Shown here: positions 1-10,169 of the stretch, piece after piece
Numbering within the stretch: the stretch's first letter is position 1
How the letters are laid out: the number at the start of each line of letters is the position of its first letter
NCBI GenBank assembly: GCA_037441845.1
Contig: JBBIRK010000002.1
Coordinates: 307,583 to 371,582, forward strand
Direction: 5' to 3'
Source: Candidatus Zixiibacteriota bacterium
GTDB lineage: Bacteria; Zixibacteria; MSB-5A5; UBA10806; 4484-95
DNA: 64,000 bases
The notes under the pieces: model-generated
What the model was told of the DNA's origin: nothing
Databases searched by the model: none
The model's input: the letters and a program-made list of their open reading frames with translations, nothing else
Made by a program: the position numbers and the translations under genes

Positions 1-57
1 CCAGTTCGCTGGCAAGTGAATCGGCTTTTTTGATTTTGTCCTGCATCGTACCTCCAT

Positions 58-2187
58 TCAGGCGGTTTGGGAATATATCAATTTTTTGGAAAATTTTCTT
101 ATTAACACTTGGCGCAACGTGCGGTTTTCCGATTTCAACAGGTGGGGGTCATCGGCTACTATATCGAAAGCGCAGGACCGCGCCAGACTTAAAGTGGCGG
201 AATCGGTCAATTTGGCCACTCGCAATTCGGGCATACCGTGCTGTCGGGTTCCCATGAATTCGCCGGGGCCGCGAATCTGCAGATCGGCCTCAGCTATGCG
301 GAATCCATCGTTGGCGGCGCACAGGGCTTTTATCCGACTTTCGGCCTCGGGGGAAAGCGCCTTATCGCTTAAAAGAAAACAATAGGATTGCTGATTGCCT
401 CGTCCGACACGTCCGCGGAGTTGATGAAGCTGCGAAAGACCGAACCTTTCGGCCTGTTCGATCACCATGATGGTGGCGTTGGGGACGTCGAGTCCGACCT
501 CGATCACGGTGGTGCCGACGATAATCTGATATTCGCCGGCGCGGAATTTTTCCATGATAAAGTTTTTATCGCGGCCTTTCAGTCGTCCGTGAAGGAGGGC
601 CAGGCGCAGATCGGGAAATGTGTCCCGGCTCAGCTTTTCGAAACTTTCGACGGCCGCCGCCAGATCGATTTTTTCGGATTCCTCAACCAGAGGGAAAACG
701 ATATACGCCTGCCGTCCGCTTTTTATTTGGTCGTGGACGAACCGATACATGGCCTCTTTTTTTTCCGGAGGAACGAACGAAGTCTTGACGGGGATTCTTC
801 CCGGGGGCATGCCGTCGATGATTGAAACATCGAGGTCACCGTAGAGGGTCATGGCCAAAGTCCGCGGGATAGGAGTGGCGGTCATCACCAATACATGGGG
901 GAACTTTCCCTTGCTTTTCAAGGCGGCGCGCTGAGCCACTCCGAATCGATGTTGTTCGTCGATCACCGCCAACCCCAGGCGGCAAAACTGCAGATTTTCT
1001 TGAATGAGGGTCTGGGTGCCTATGACCATATCAATTCGGCCGTCGGCGATCTCTTGTTTCAAAGTGGTTCGCATCTTCCCCTTGACCGACCCGGTTAATA
1101 CCGCCAGCCTGACGGGCAGGTCGGATAACATGAGACTCAAGGCGTAGCCATGTTGTTCGGCCAGAATCTCGGTCGGCACCATGAGGGCGGCCTGATAACC
1201 GGACTCGACAGCGGCCAGCATGGCCAGAAGCGCCACCACGGTTTTGCCGCTGCCGACGTCTCCCTGCAACAGGCGATTCATCGGATGCGGCTTGGCCATA
1301 TCCGCCAGAATTTCCCGCAGGACTTTTTTCTGGGCGGGGGTGAGTTCGAAGTGCAGGTTGTTCAAAAGCATGCGGCCGAGTTTTTTGGGCGGAGGAATCG
1401 GTATTCCCGGTTCTTGAGTCGAGCGGACTTGACGGCGCGCGGCCAGTAGGAGTTCGAAATAAAAGAATTCCTCGAAAGAGAGCCGATGCATTCCTTTATC
1501 GGCGAGTTCGCGGGAATCCGGAAAATGGGTTTGATAAACGGCCTTGTTGAAATCGAGAAGATCGTGCTTGCGGCGGAGTTCGGCCGGCAGGGTTTCGCAT
1601 TCGAGTCCGGCCAATATGTCGAGCGCCGGTTTGATGATTCTGCGCAGCCCCCGCGAATGAAGACCCATTCGATTCAATCCGGAGGTTTGGGGGTATATGG
1701 GAATGATACGCCGGGTGTGCAGCGGAGTATCCTCGGGACCGGAAACGATCTCGAATTCCGGGTGGCTCATCTGCAGATATTTGAATCGGCCGACGCGGCC
1801 GGTGGCGGCGACGATGTCACCCTCGGAAAACATTTTCAGCAGATACTTGTATCCGGAGAACCAAACGAGTTCGAGGATACCTGAATCGTCTTGAAGATAT
1901 ACCACGAATCTCCTCTTGCCTCCGAACAACTCGTCGAATGAAGTCACCTCGCCTATAACGGTGGCCACCGAGCCCTCCTGCAGCCGGTCGATCGGCAGAA
2001 TCTCGGTGCGGTCGAGATATTTACGGGGGACGTAGAAAAACAGGTCGAACACCGTGGCGATGCCGGCCTCTTTCAAAGCGGCTGCCCGCTCCGGACCGAT
2101 CCCTTTCAGGTATTGAATATCCTGAAACAGGAAATCCAGCGCGCGGTTTCGAGAATCAGTTTTCGGTATCTCCGAATGCTTCTGCAT
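58..2187 (-). CDS. recG: ATP-dependent DNA helicase RecG
   Basis: 709 aa; wedge/OB N-terminus, LLQGDVGSGKT, DEQHRFG, MTATPIPRTL, QLRGRVGRG, RGPGE motifs. Confidence 0.98.
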   Translation of the reverse strand: MQKHSEIPKTDSRNRALDFLFQDIQYLKGIGPERAAALKEAGIATVFDLFFYVPRKYLDRTEILPIDRLQEGSVATVIGEVTSFDELFGGKRRFVVYLQDDSGILELVWFSGYKYLLKMFSEGDIVAATGRVGRFKYLQMSHPEFEIVSGPEDTPLHTRRIIPIYPQTSGLNRMGLHSRGLRRIIKPALDILAGLECETLPAELRRKHDLLDFNKAVYQTHFPDSRELADKGMHRLSFEEFFYFELLLAARRQVRSTQEPGIPIPPPKKLGRMLLNNLHFELTPAQKKVLREILADMAKPHPMNRLLQGDVGSGKTVVALLAMLAAVESGYQAALMVPTEILAEQHGYALSLMLSDLPVRLAVLTGSVKGKMRTTLKQEIADGRIDMVIGTQTLIQENLQFCRLGLAVIDEQHRFGVAQRAALKSKGKFPHVLVMTATPIPRTLAMTLYGDLDVSIIDGMPPGRIPVKTSFVPPEKKEAMYRFVHDQIKSGRQAYIVFPLVEESEKIDLAAAVESFEKLSRDTFPDLRLALLHGRLKGRDKNFIMEKFRAGEYQIIVGTTVIEVGLDVPNATIMVIEQAERFGLSQLHQLRGRVGRGNQQSYCFLLSDKALSPEAESRIKALCAANDGFRIAEADLQIRGPGEFMGTRQHGMPELRVAKLTDSATLSLARSCAFDIVADDPHLLKSENRTLRQVLIRKFSKKLIYSQTA

Positions 2188-2195
2188 TATAGGCG

Positions 2196-2225
2196 ATTAT
2201 AGAAGTTAACGAAGAGCGCAGTCAA
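2196..2225 (-). promoter_or_regulatory. sigma70-type promoter for recG (TTGACT-N18-TATAAT)
   Basis: Read on minus strand; -10 lies 8 nt before the ATG, no Shine-Dalgarno. Confidence 0.6.
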
Positions 2226-2372
2226 GACCAATCAGGGCGGGTCGTCCGAGCGTAAAGTGCACAATCTCGATTTGTTATGAGAGAAAGCGGCCGGCACGGG
2301 ATCCATAAATTCGTTTGTCAAAATCAGCGAAATGAGTATATTTTCGCCGAAAAGCATTGCTATAAAGGTTTC

Positions 2373-3437
2373 ATGGCGGTTTACGAAAAGACGATAATCA
2401 TAACCGGCGGCGCCGGATTCATCGGATCAAACCTTCTGCTTTATCTGGTTCCCCGATACCCCAATTACAGATTTATCAATATCGACAGCCTGACCTACGC
2501 CGGCAATTTGGCCAATTTGCGGAAGATCGAGAGAAACGCCAATTACGTTTTCGAGAAAATAGATATACGCGATTACGCGAAGCTGCGCGATTGTTTCGAG
2601 AGGTTCCAGCCCGACGGGTTGATAAATCTGGCCGCCGAATCGCACGTGGACAGGTCGATCATGGGGCCGGCACCATTTATCGAGACGAATATACTCGGCA
2701 CTTTCAATTTGCTGGAATTAACCCGGGCAAGGTCGGCGATAAAAGGTTCATTTCGTTTTCATCAGGTGTCGACTGACGAGGTTTATGGGGAAATGGAGGG
2801 CGAAAGCCGGGCGGACGAGGATTTCCCCTACCGGCCGAGTTCGCCCTATTCGGCAAGCAAGGGGTCGGCCGATCATTTGGTGCGGGCGTATCACCGCACA
2901 TACGGGCTGGATACGGTGATCACGATTTCGAGCAATAATTTCGGGCCGTATCAATTTCCGGAGAAGCTGGTGCCGCTGACGATACGCAACGCCCTTGCCG
3001 AAATCGCGATACCGATTTACGGCGACGGCTTGCAGGTGCGCGATTGGCTGTATGTAATGGATCATTGTCGCGCCATCGACCTGGTTTTTCACAAAGGGGT
3101 TTCGGGCAAGACGTACAATGTGGGTGGAGGCAGGCAGGCGGCCAATATCGATATCGTGAAAAGCGTTTGCCGCCATGTCGATCGCTTGACGGGCCGAGGG
3201 CCAAGCGAGCGGCTGATCGAGCTGGTGAAGGATCGCCCCGGGCATGATCGAAGATATGCTATAGACACTCATTTGATCGAAAGCGAGCTGGGCTGGAGAT
3301 GCGAATATCCTTTCGAGCAGGCGATGAGCGAAACAGTCGAATGGTATTTCAAGAACAAGCAGTGGCTCGATAACTGCATTTCGGGCGAATACGCGAACTA
3401 TTACGACAAAGTTTATGCTAAAGGTTGGAAAGATTAA
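2373..3437 (+). CDS. rfbB: dTDP-glucose 4,6-dehydratase
   Basis: ITGGAGFIGS, LTYAGN, AAESHVDRSI, VSTDEVYG, YSASK; start moved to ATG 2373 (MAVYEKTIII) downstream of a TTGTCA-N16-TATATT promoter. Confidence 0.97.
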   Translation: MAVYEKTIIITGGAGFIGSNLLLYLVPRYPNYRFINIDSLTYAGNLANLRKIERNANYVFEKIDIRDYAKLRDCFERFQPDGLINLAAESHVDRSIMGPAPFIETNILGTFNLLELTRARSAIKGSFRFHQVSTDEVYGEMEGESRADEDFPYRPSSPYSASKGSADHLVRAYHRTYGLDTVITISSNNFGPYQFPEKLVPLTIRNALAEIAIPIYGDGLQVRDWLYVMDHCRAIDLVFHKGVSGKTYNVGGGRQAANIDIVKSVCRHVDRLTGRGPSERLIELVKDRPGHDRRYAIDTHLIESELGWRCEYPFEQAMSETVEWYFKNKQWLDNCISGEYANYYDKVYAKGWKD

Positions 3438-4316
3438 ATGGCGGACGGCATGAGGAAAGGGATAATACTGGCGGGCGGCAGCGGCAGCAGGCTTTACCCG
3501 GCCACCGCGGCGATATGCAAGCAGTTGTTGCCACTTTACGACAAGCCGATGGTTTATTATCCTCTTTCGACTCTGATGCAATTCGGGATAAGGGAAGTAT
3601 TGCTGATATCGACGCCGGAATTTATCGGCAGATTCGAGCGGCTTCTCGGAAACGGAAGCAGGCTGGGTATAAATATCAGCTATGCGGTTCAGGAGCGCCC
3701 GGAGGGGATAGCCCAGGCGATAATTATCGGAGAGGATTTCATCGCCGGAGACAATTTCGCGCTGATTTTGGGAGATAACGTCTTTTACGGGCCGCTCGAT
3801 TTGGAACGCGAGGCGGCATCGTTTACCCGTGGGGCGACCATTTTCGGCTATCGGGTGCGCAATCCGCAGAGATACGGCGTGATAGAATTCGGCGAAAGCG
3901 GTGAAATCGAAAGGATTGTCGAGAAACCGTCGGCTCCGAAATCGGATTACGCGGTTACCGGGCTGTATCTTTACGACGGAGGTGCGGTCGCAATCGCCAA
4001 AGAGCTGAAACCATCGGCGCGCGGAGAACTCGAAATCACCGATGTCAATAATGCTTACCTTCGGGAAAAACAATTGAATCTGGTCAGGCTGGGACAAGGG
4101 TTCGCCTGGTTGGACAGCGGCACTTTCGAAAGCATACTGGAAGCGGCCAATTTCATCGCCACGATCGAGAAACGGCAGGGCGTGAAAATAGCCTGTATCG
4201 AGGAGACGGCTTGGAAAAAAGGGTTCATCGGCAAAGACGACCTCCTGAAATTGATAACGGAAATGCCCGACAACGATTACCGTCACTACCTGGAGCGGAT
4301 AACCGGTCATAGATGA
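3438..4316 (+). CDS. rfbA: glucose-1-phosphate thymidylyltransferase
   Basis: GIILAGGSGSRLYP, KQLLPLYDKPM, EKP, RGELEITD, WLDSGT. Confidence 0.97.
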   Translation: MADGMRKGIILAGGSGSRLYPATAAICKQLLPLYDKPMVYYPLSTLMQFGIREVLLISTPEFIGRFERLLGNGSRLGINISYAVQERPEGIAQAIIIGEDFIAGDNFALILGDNVFYGPLDLEREAASFTRGATIFGYRVRNPQRYGVIEFGESGEIERIVEKPSAPKSDYAVTGLYLYDGGAVAIAKELKPSARGELEITDVNNAYLREKQLNLVRLGQGFAWLDSGTFESILEAANFIATIEKRQGVKIACIEETAWKKGFIGKDDLLKLITEMPDNDYRHYLERITGHR

Positions 4317-5194
4317 AAAGGGTGTTGATAATCGGCGGAAGCGGCCGGCTGGGGCGGGCTTTGGTCGAGCGGCTGAAAGTCAAATACGAAATTCATGCCC
4401 CCAGCAGAGCGCAGCTGGATATAACGGATGCCGAAGCGGTTCGGAGATGTTTGGAGGCAACGGTTCCGCAGATAGTGATAAATGCGGCAGCCATAACCGA
4501 TGTGGATTATTGCGAGACGAACCCGGCGGCGGCGATGGCGGTGAACGGCGAGGCTCCGGGGAAACTTGCCGGAATCTGTAAAGAGATCGATGCCGAGATT
4601 GTTCACTTTTCGACGAATTATGTTTTTAACGGGCGCAAGAGCCGACCTTATATCGAAGATGATCCGCCCGATCCGATAAACGAGTACGGCAAGAGCAAGC
4701 TTGCGGGGGAACGTCGGGTAAGCGAAATCGCAGAGAAGTGGACCATATTGAGGGTGGCCTGGCTTTATGGTCCGACCGGGAATGATTTTATCAAAACGAT
4801 AATGAGGGAAGGTCGAAACTGGGTTGCCGCGATGAAGGAGGGCCGGCGTCCCCCGCCGATCAAGGTGGTCGCCGATCAGATCGGCAATCCCACCTGGGTG
4901 AGGGAAGTCGCCCGCCAGGTGGAGATCGTTATCGATGGAGGACTGCGGGGTTTGTTCCATTGCGTTTCCGGCGGAGCCGTATCGAGATTCGAGCTGGCCA
5001 AAGAGATTTTCAGAATAAAGAATATCGGGGCCGAATGTGCTCCATACGTTTCGGAGGAGTTCGGGTGGAAGGCGAAACGACCTTTGAATGCGGGTCTGGA
5101 GAACAGAAGGTTGACCGAACTCGGGCTGAATTCTATGAGAAATTGTATCGAAACGGTGACTGAGTATCTGCAAAGCGAGGGCGGCGATTTATAA
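4313..5194 (+). CDS. rfbD: dTDP-4-dehydrorhamnose reductase
   Basis: GGSGRLG, NAAAITDVD, STNYVF, YGKSKLAGE, DQIGNPT; operon position. Confidence 0.95.
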   Translation: MKRVLIIGGSGRLGRALVERLKVKYEIHAPSRAQLDITDAEAVRRCLEATVPQIVINAAAITDVDYCETNPAAAMAVNGEAPGKLAGICKEIDAEIVHFSTNYVFNGRKSRPYIEDDPPDPINEYGKSKLAGERRVSEIAEKWTILRVAWLYGPTGNDFIKTIMREGRNWVAAMKEGRRPPPIKVVADQIGNPTWVREVARQVEIVIDGGLRGLFHCVSGGAVSRFELAKEIFRIKNIGAECAPYVSEEFGWKAKRPLNAGLENRRLTELGLNSMRNCIETVTEYLQSEGGDL

Positions 5195-5216
5195 GCCCGA
5201 AATCAAGATCGAGGGA

Positions 5217-5663
5217 GTGGTAATCCGACCGCTGGAACCGCACCGGGACGGCCGCGGCTGGCTGGTGGAGCTTTTCAGGAGTGATTGGCCCGAGGGCAGA
5301 CATCGGCCGATGATGAGCTATATCTCGTTGACGGCACCGGGCGCAAGCAGAGGCCCGCATGAGCATCGGGAGCAAACCGATTATTTCTGCTTTATCGGGC
5401 CGTCGAAGTTCAGAGTCTATTTGTGGGACAATCGACGCCAATCGCCCACAAACGGTGAATCGGCGCGAATCGATATCGACGAGAATAATCCACTTGCGAT
5501 AATAATTCCCCCCGGGGTGGTCCACGCTTACAAGAATATCGGTGCTGTGCCCGGCTATGTATTCAATGCACCGGACAAACTTTATCGTGGGCCGGGACGC
5601 AGCCTGGCGGTGGACGAAATCCGCTATGAGGACGACACGGAGAGCCGATTCGTGATGGACTGA
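5217..5663 (+). CDS. rfbC: dTDP-4-dehydrorhamnose 3,5-epimerase family cupin
   Basis: DGRGWLVE, RGPHEH, IIIPPGVVHAY; last gene of rfb operon; true start may be upstream (ATT 5187). Confidence 0.85.
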   Translation: MVIRPLEPHRDGRGWLVELFRSDWPEGRHRPMMSYISLTAPGASRGPHEHREQTDYFCFIGPSKFRVYLWDNRRQSPTNGESARIDIDENNPLAIIIPPGVVHAYKNIGAVPGYVFNAPDKLYRGPGRSLAVDEIRYEDDTESRFVMD

Positions 5664-5716
5664 GCTGCGGCAGAACCAATGGGATAAGCGCGAAAGCAAA
5701 AACGGCAAAAAAGCAT

Positions 5717-5745
5717 AGGCGGATCGTGAATATCCGCCTTTTTTA
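5717..5745 (+). terminator. intrinsic terminator, possibly bidirectional, between convergent rfbC and prpD
   Basis: AGGCGGAT-cgtgaat-ATCCGCCT followed by a T-run, A-run upstream. Confidence 0.8.
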
Positions 5746-5768
5746 TCTGCCTAAAATCGTTTGGATGT

Positions 5769-7151
5769 TCAAATTTTAAGGGCGGTCATGAATTCACGGG
5801 CGGTCAAGTTCTCGCAGGAAAATATGACGTCTTCGATTCGTTTCCGCCGGTCGGGATTGAGCAGGCTGCCGGAAAGGGCATCGAACTTGGCATTGAGGTC
5901 CTCTTCGGTCATCGGTTCGCGGGGATCGCCCTTAGGATACTCGAGATATTCGGAATATTCGCGGCCGTCGGTGGTGCGGATAACCACTTTCGACGGTTGT
6001 TTGGCGGGGAACATTTTTTCGAATTCGACGGAAGCCTCGCCCTTTATCTTGTCAATCACATCCCAGATTCGCTTATCGGCCAGTTTTTCCTCGGAGAACG
6101 AGGCGGTGGTGATTTGACGATCGACGATGGCTGCGGCGATGCAATAGGGCAGCGAGTGATCGGCGGTCTCGCGCGATTTCGGCCGATACTTGTGGGGATC
6201 GAACAGGATGTCGCAGGCGCGGGCGATAGTGGTCACGGTAACGCTTTCGATCTGGTCGTATTTGATGTCGTTGGCTTTGACCACCTTGAGGGTGGCGCTG
6301 ATATGAGTATGAGTCAGGGCCTCGGTGGGGAAAGCTTTCATGCTGCATTGCAGAATTTTGAAATCTTTGCCCAAATCTCCGATTAGTTTGGCGACCGCCC
6401 AATCGGGCCCAAACACCTGCATGAATCCCTCTTTGCCCTCGAAAACGAGCTCGGTGCCGGTGTAGCCCCGGGCCGCCATCATGGCAGCGAAAATGCCGGA
6501 GGCGGCGGCCATCGGGTCAACCGTATTTTTCATCATGGTGAGCTGGCCTGCGGTGGGGCAGCCGATCGTGTGATTGTGGCAACCGTTGATGCCGATCGCA
6601 TTCACGATCTGATCGACGGTCAGCCCGAGAAGCTTGCCGGCAACCAGAGGCGATACGAATTGGGTGAGGGTGGCGTGATGCCATTTTCTTTCGCGGATCC
6701 CCGGAACGGCGAATTCGCACAGTCGTTGTTCGAATTCGTATGCCAGCACGATACCGACCAGAACCTCTTTCATCGAAGCGTCAACCATTTCGCCGGCGGC
6801 GACGGCGGTGGGAATGAGATCCGAGGGATGGGAAGGATCTTCTTTCCAATAGATATCGTTGAAATCGAGCGCCCGGATCATCAGGGAATTGACCAAGGCT
6901 GCGTTCACACCGGGCAGCTTGTCGCCGAAACCGATCAGAGTCGCCTCGGGCTTGCCCCCCATATCCACGCAGATCGAGCGCATGATACCGACGTCTTTGG
7001 TGTGATAGGCGCCATAGGCGCAGCCGATCGAATCGTAAAGATAACGTTTGGCTTCGTCGATAACCGCCCGGGGAAGATCGCCGTAGCGGAGACCGACCGC
7101 GAATTCGGCCATGGTTCTCGAGATCGATTTTTCCATTTCAGACCCTTTCAC
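5769..7151 (-). CDS. prpD: MmgE/PrpD family protein (2-methylcitrate dehydratase-like)
   Basis: RALDFND, SHPSD, WHHATL, FEGKEG, RETADHSLPY, PKGDP. Confidence 0.9.
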   Translation of the reverse strand: MKGSEMEKSISRTMAEFAVGLRYGDLPRAVIDEAKRYLYDSIGCAYGAYHTKDVGIMRSICVDMGGKPEATLIGFGDKLPGVNAALVNSLMIRALDFNDIYWKEDPSHPSDLIPTAVAAGEMVDASMKEVLVGIVLAYEFEQRLCEFAVPGIRERKWHHATLTQFVSPLVAGKLLGLTVDQIVNAIGINGCHNHTIGCPTAGQLTMMKNTVDPMAAASGIFAAMMAARGYTGTELVFEGKEGFMQVFGPDWAVAKLIGDLGKDFKILQCSMKAFPTEALTHTHISATLKVVKANDIKYDQIESVTVTTIARACDILFDPHKYRPKSRETADHSLPYCIAAAIVDRQITTASFSEEKLADKRIWDVIDKIKGEASVEFEKMFPAKQPSKVVIRTTDGREYSEYLEYPKGDPREPMTEEDLNAKFDALSGSLLNPDRRKRIEDVIFSCENLTAREFMTALKI

Positions 7152-7274
7152 TAAATTTCAGGTAATTCATTTCATGTCCATTACCATGACGGATGCCGCC
7201 CAACCGAGTTACGGCAACCATCCGCAATGAAACCGATTCATCGGGAATTCCAATCCGATCGCCTCGAAGAAAAT

Positions 7275-9257
7275 TCAAGAACGTAAATTTTTCTTGACCC
7301 ATTCCTCGAGACTTCCGGCCAGAATCAGTTCCTGAGCCGCTTCGCCGATCGGACCGATCGGGTATTTTTTCCCGGAGAATTCGACGGTCGAATGTCGGAA
7401 ATCGATGGTCGCCATGACGCCGGTGCGCAGGGTCGGCTTGGCGGAACCGAATCTGGTTTTCAGTTCATCGATCAGTTCGGGGGCGTCGATGGTGAGAAAG
7501 CCGTTGTTGAGCGCGTTGCGCTTATAGGTCTCGGAAAAGGAACCGGCCAGAACCAGGGCGATCCCCTTATATTTGAGCGCGGTGGCGGCTTGTTCGCGGG
7601 AGCTGCCGGTGCCGAAATTGTAGCCTGAGGCCAGCAGATCGCCCTTGCGGGCGATCGCTACGAATTGCGGATCGTAATTTTCCATGACCACGCCCGCCTG
7701 CTGCTCCGGGGTGAAATCGTCGATGTAGGTATATTTCCCGGGATAGATACCGTCGGTGTTCAGATTATCTTGATTGCAAAAAACGATTTCTCCGGTGAGA
7801 GTCTCGGGAAACCCCTCAACTATTCTGACTGCGGCGGTCGTCTGTGCCTTGCGGGCGGCGATTGAAGATTTGCCCACAGGTTTCAAGTTCCCCGGAAGGC
7901 GGATATTTTCAGGCATTTCGATATAACCGGCGACTGCGGAGGCGGCTACCACAGCGGGCGAAGCGAGATATGCTTTCGAGTCCGGGGAACCCATGCGTCC
8001 CTTGAAATTTCGATTGGTAGCCGAGATGCCGACTTCACCGGCCTGCAATAAGCCCTTGCCGAGACCGATGCAGGGGCCGCAACCCGGCGGTAATGGAATA
8101 GCACCGGCATCCAGCAGATTCCGCCAGTCGCCGCGTTTTTCGGCCTCTTCTTGGATTTCGCTCGAGGCTGCGGAAATGTAGAACTCCACGCCCGGGGCGA
8201 CTTTTTTGCCGGCTACCACGCGGGCAGCCTCGGCGATATCCTCCACCCGGCTGTTGACGCAGGAGACAAGGTAGGCTTTTTGAATCGCTATCCTCTGTTT
8301 ACTAATCTGGGAAACGGGCGAGATTACTTTCACCGTATTGGGACCGCTGACATGCGGCTCGACGGATTCGAGATCGAAGACGATTTCCCGGGCATAAAAA
8401 GCATCGGGGTCAGCCGTCGGGATCTCTTTCTTGAGTTTTTCGATGCGCTCGTGGTTAAGCCGGGGATGCTTTCCGTTACCTTCGGAATCGGACGGCACGC
8501 CGGCCAGACCGCGCCTGGCGATAAAGTCAGCCCTGCGTTTGAGCCAGTCGAGAGTGATTTCGTCGATCGGAAAGATGGCTGCCAGCGCCCCCCACTCGGT
8601 GGTCATGTTGGCGATCGTGAGCCGCTGATCTATCGAAAGTCCGGCGATGCCGCCGCCGCAAAATTCGAGCGCGTGATTCAGAACCTCGTCTTTATTGAAG
8701 GTTCCGCAGAGAGCGATGATGACATCTTTGCCGGTGACGCCGGGGCGAAGTCTGCCGGTGAATTCGATTCTGGCCACCGGCGGAACCTGCCACCAGGTTC
8801 GTGTGGTAGCCCAAATGGCGGCTGCGTCCGTGCGCACGATCGGGGTGCCGAGGCAACCGAGTCCGCCGTACATATTGGAGTGGCTGTCGGAGGCGACAAC
8901 CAGTGTGCCGGGCCAGGCGTAACCCTCCTCGCACATTATTTGATGACCTATCCCCCTGCCGGCGGGGTAGAAATCGACCCCCATGTTTTCGGCGAATTCG
9001 GCGATTTTATTGTATTTGGCCAGATTCGCCTCGCTCGTGTCCTGGACATTATGATCAAGGGTGACAACCACTTGTCGAGGATCGGCGATTTTGGTGGCTC
9101 CGATGCTCTTGAATTTGGGGATAACCGCGCCGGTGTTGTCGTGAGTCATTACGTAGGCGGGGCGGATCGACAGATAGTCGCCGGCTTTCACCTGGTGATC
9201 GGCCGCAAGTCCTACGGCGAACTTCTGGGCTATTTTTTCAACGACATTTTGTCCCAT
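7275..9257 (-). CDS. lysF: single-chain homoaconitate hydratase (fungal Lys4/LysF type aconitase)
   Basis: MTHDN, DSHSNMYGG, LVSCVNSR, GCGPCIG (three Fe-S Cys), TNRNFKGRMG, NTDGIYPGKYTY, GSSREQAA in one 660-aa chain. Confidence 0.85.
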   Translation of the reverse strand: MGQNVVEKIAQKFAVGLAADHQVKAGDYLSIRPAYVMTHDNTGAVIPKFKSIGATKIADPRQVVVTLDHNVQDTSEANLAKYNKIAEFAENMGVDFYPAGRGIGHQIMCEEGYAWPGTLVVASDSHSNMYGGLGCLGTPIVRTDAAAIWATTRTWWQVPPVARIEFTGRLRPGVTGKDVIIALCGTFNKDEVLNHALEFCGGGIAGLSIDQRLTIANMTTEWGALAAIFPIDEITLDWLKRRADFIARRGLAGVPSDSEGNGKHPRLNHERIEKLKKEIPTADPDAFYAREIVFDLESVEPHVSGPNTVKVISPVSQISKQRIAIQKAYLVSCVNSRVEDIAEAARVVAGKKVAPGVEFYISAASSEIQEEAEKRGDWRNLLDAGAIPLPPGCGPCIGLGKGLLQAGEVGISATNRNFKGRMGSPDSKAYLASPAVVAASAVAGYIEMPENIRLPGNLKPVGKSSIAARKAQTTAAVRIVEGFPETLTGEIVFCNQDNLNTDGIYPGKYTYIDDFTPEQQAGVVMENYDPQFVAIARKGDLLASGYNFGTGSSREQAATALKYKGIALVLAGSFSETYKRNALNNGFLTIDAPELIDELKTRFGSAKPTLRTGVMATIDFRHSTVEFSGKKYPIGPIGEAAQELILAGSLEEWVKKNLRS

Positions 9258-9511
9258 TCTGCATGCCTCTACTCAGTAATAATCCCCGGCCGGAGTCCGC
9301 CGGCCAATAATGTTATTCCACGCATCGGCGAAAATAGGAATCGACAAAATGCAATTCAAGTAAAATCGAATGCCTTGAAAACCGCCCTATGAGTAAGAAA
9401 ATAAAGGCCCGCAGCAATGTTCAATACCGCTTCATTAAGTATCATCAAAAGTGGTCGATATCAATAAGGGGCATAAACATTTATATCGAGAATCAATTGC
9501 GGAACGATATC

Positions 9512-10003
9512 ATGTTGCCCAAACGCGACCAGAATCAGTTGATGGAAGAATTGTATCATCTGCAAAACTGCGAGATGGCGCTGGGCGTATTCTACGGCGA
9601 ACTGGTGGCTTTATATCCCGAGGAGAGGTATTTCTGGGAAGAAGCCGTATCGGACGAGATAAACCACGCCCGCTGGCTGGGGAAATTGATAGTGTTGGTC
9701 AGCGGCATGATCGAATCGTTTTCACCGGGATCCTATCGCACGGAATTGCTCAAGACATTCGCCGAGGGAATATATCGGGAAGTCGATAGAATAAAGAACG
9801 GCGAGCATACGAAACGGGAAATCCTGGGATTAATTTTGAATTATGAGCGGTCTGGATTGGAGCTGAGGCCTTACGAGGTTGTTCATTCGTCTCTTCCGGA
9901 GTTTCAAGCGTTGGTGGCCTCGTTGAAACCGGAACTGGCGATTCATTGTAAAAGGCTCGTTGACTACGCCAGCCGGAAAATGCAAGTAGGCACGGGCGGT
10001 TGA
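9512..10003 (+). CDS. ferritin/rubrerythrin-like four-helix protein
   Basis: E..(CEMALG.FY), DEINH and E...H motifs; start taken at ATG 9512. Confidence 0.6.
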   Translation: MLPKRDQNQLMEELYHLQNCEMALGVFYGELVALYPEERYFWEEAVSDEINHARWLGKLIVLVSGMIESFSPGSYRTELLKTFAEGIYREVDRIKNGEHTKREILGLILNYERSGLELRPYEVVHSSLPEFQALVASLKPELAIHCKRLVDYASRKMQVGTGG

Positions 10004-10169
10004 GCCGCTTTCGATCGTTTCATCCGCATCCAATTCTCTATTCGGTTCCGCGACGGAACCGATCGGGCTGTCAATATCACCTGAGCACATATTGATTGAA
10101 TCGGCTGTCGAATTTCGCTATTTTCGGGCGAAAACAAACGCTCGACGGATAAGCACGACGGAGGAGGAG

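Noticed and set aside
2748..5173. Long antisense ORFs over rfb genes (520 aa, 288 aa) and similar ones over lysF, acd, hutU, bshA and the RND gene
   Set aside because: Shadow frames of GC-rich, clearly identified genes; no motifs
7152..7274. Riboswitch between lysF and prpD
   Set aside because: Only an imperfect hairpin; no recognisable aptamer consensus
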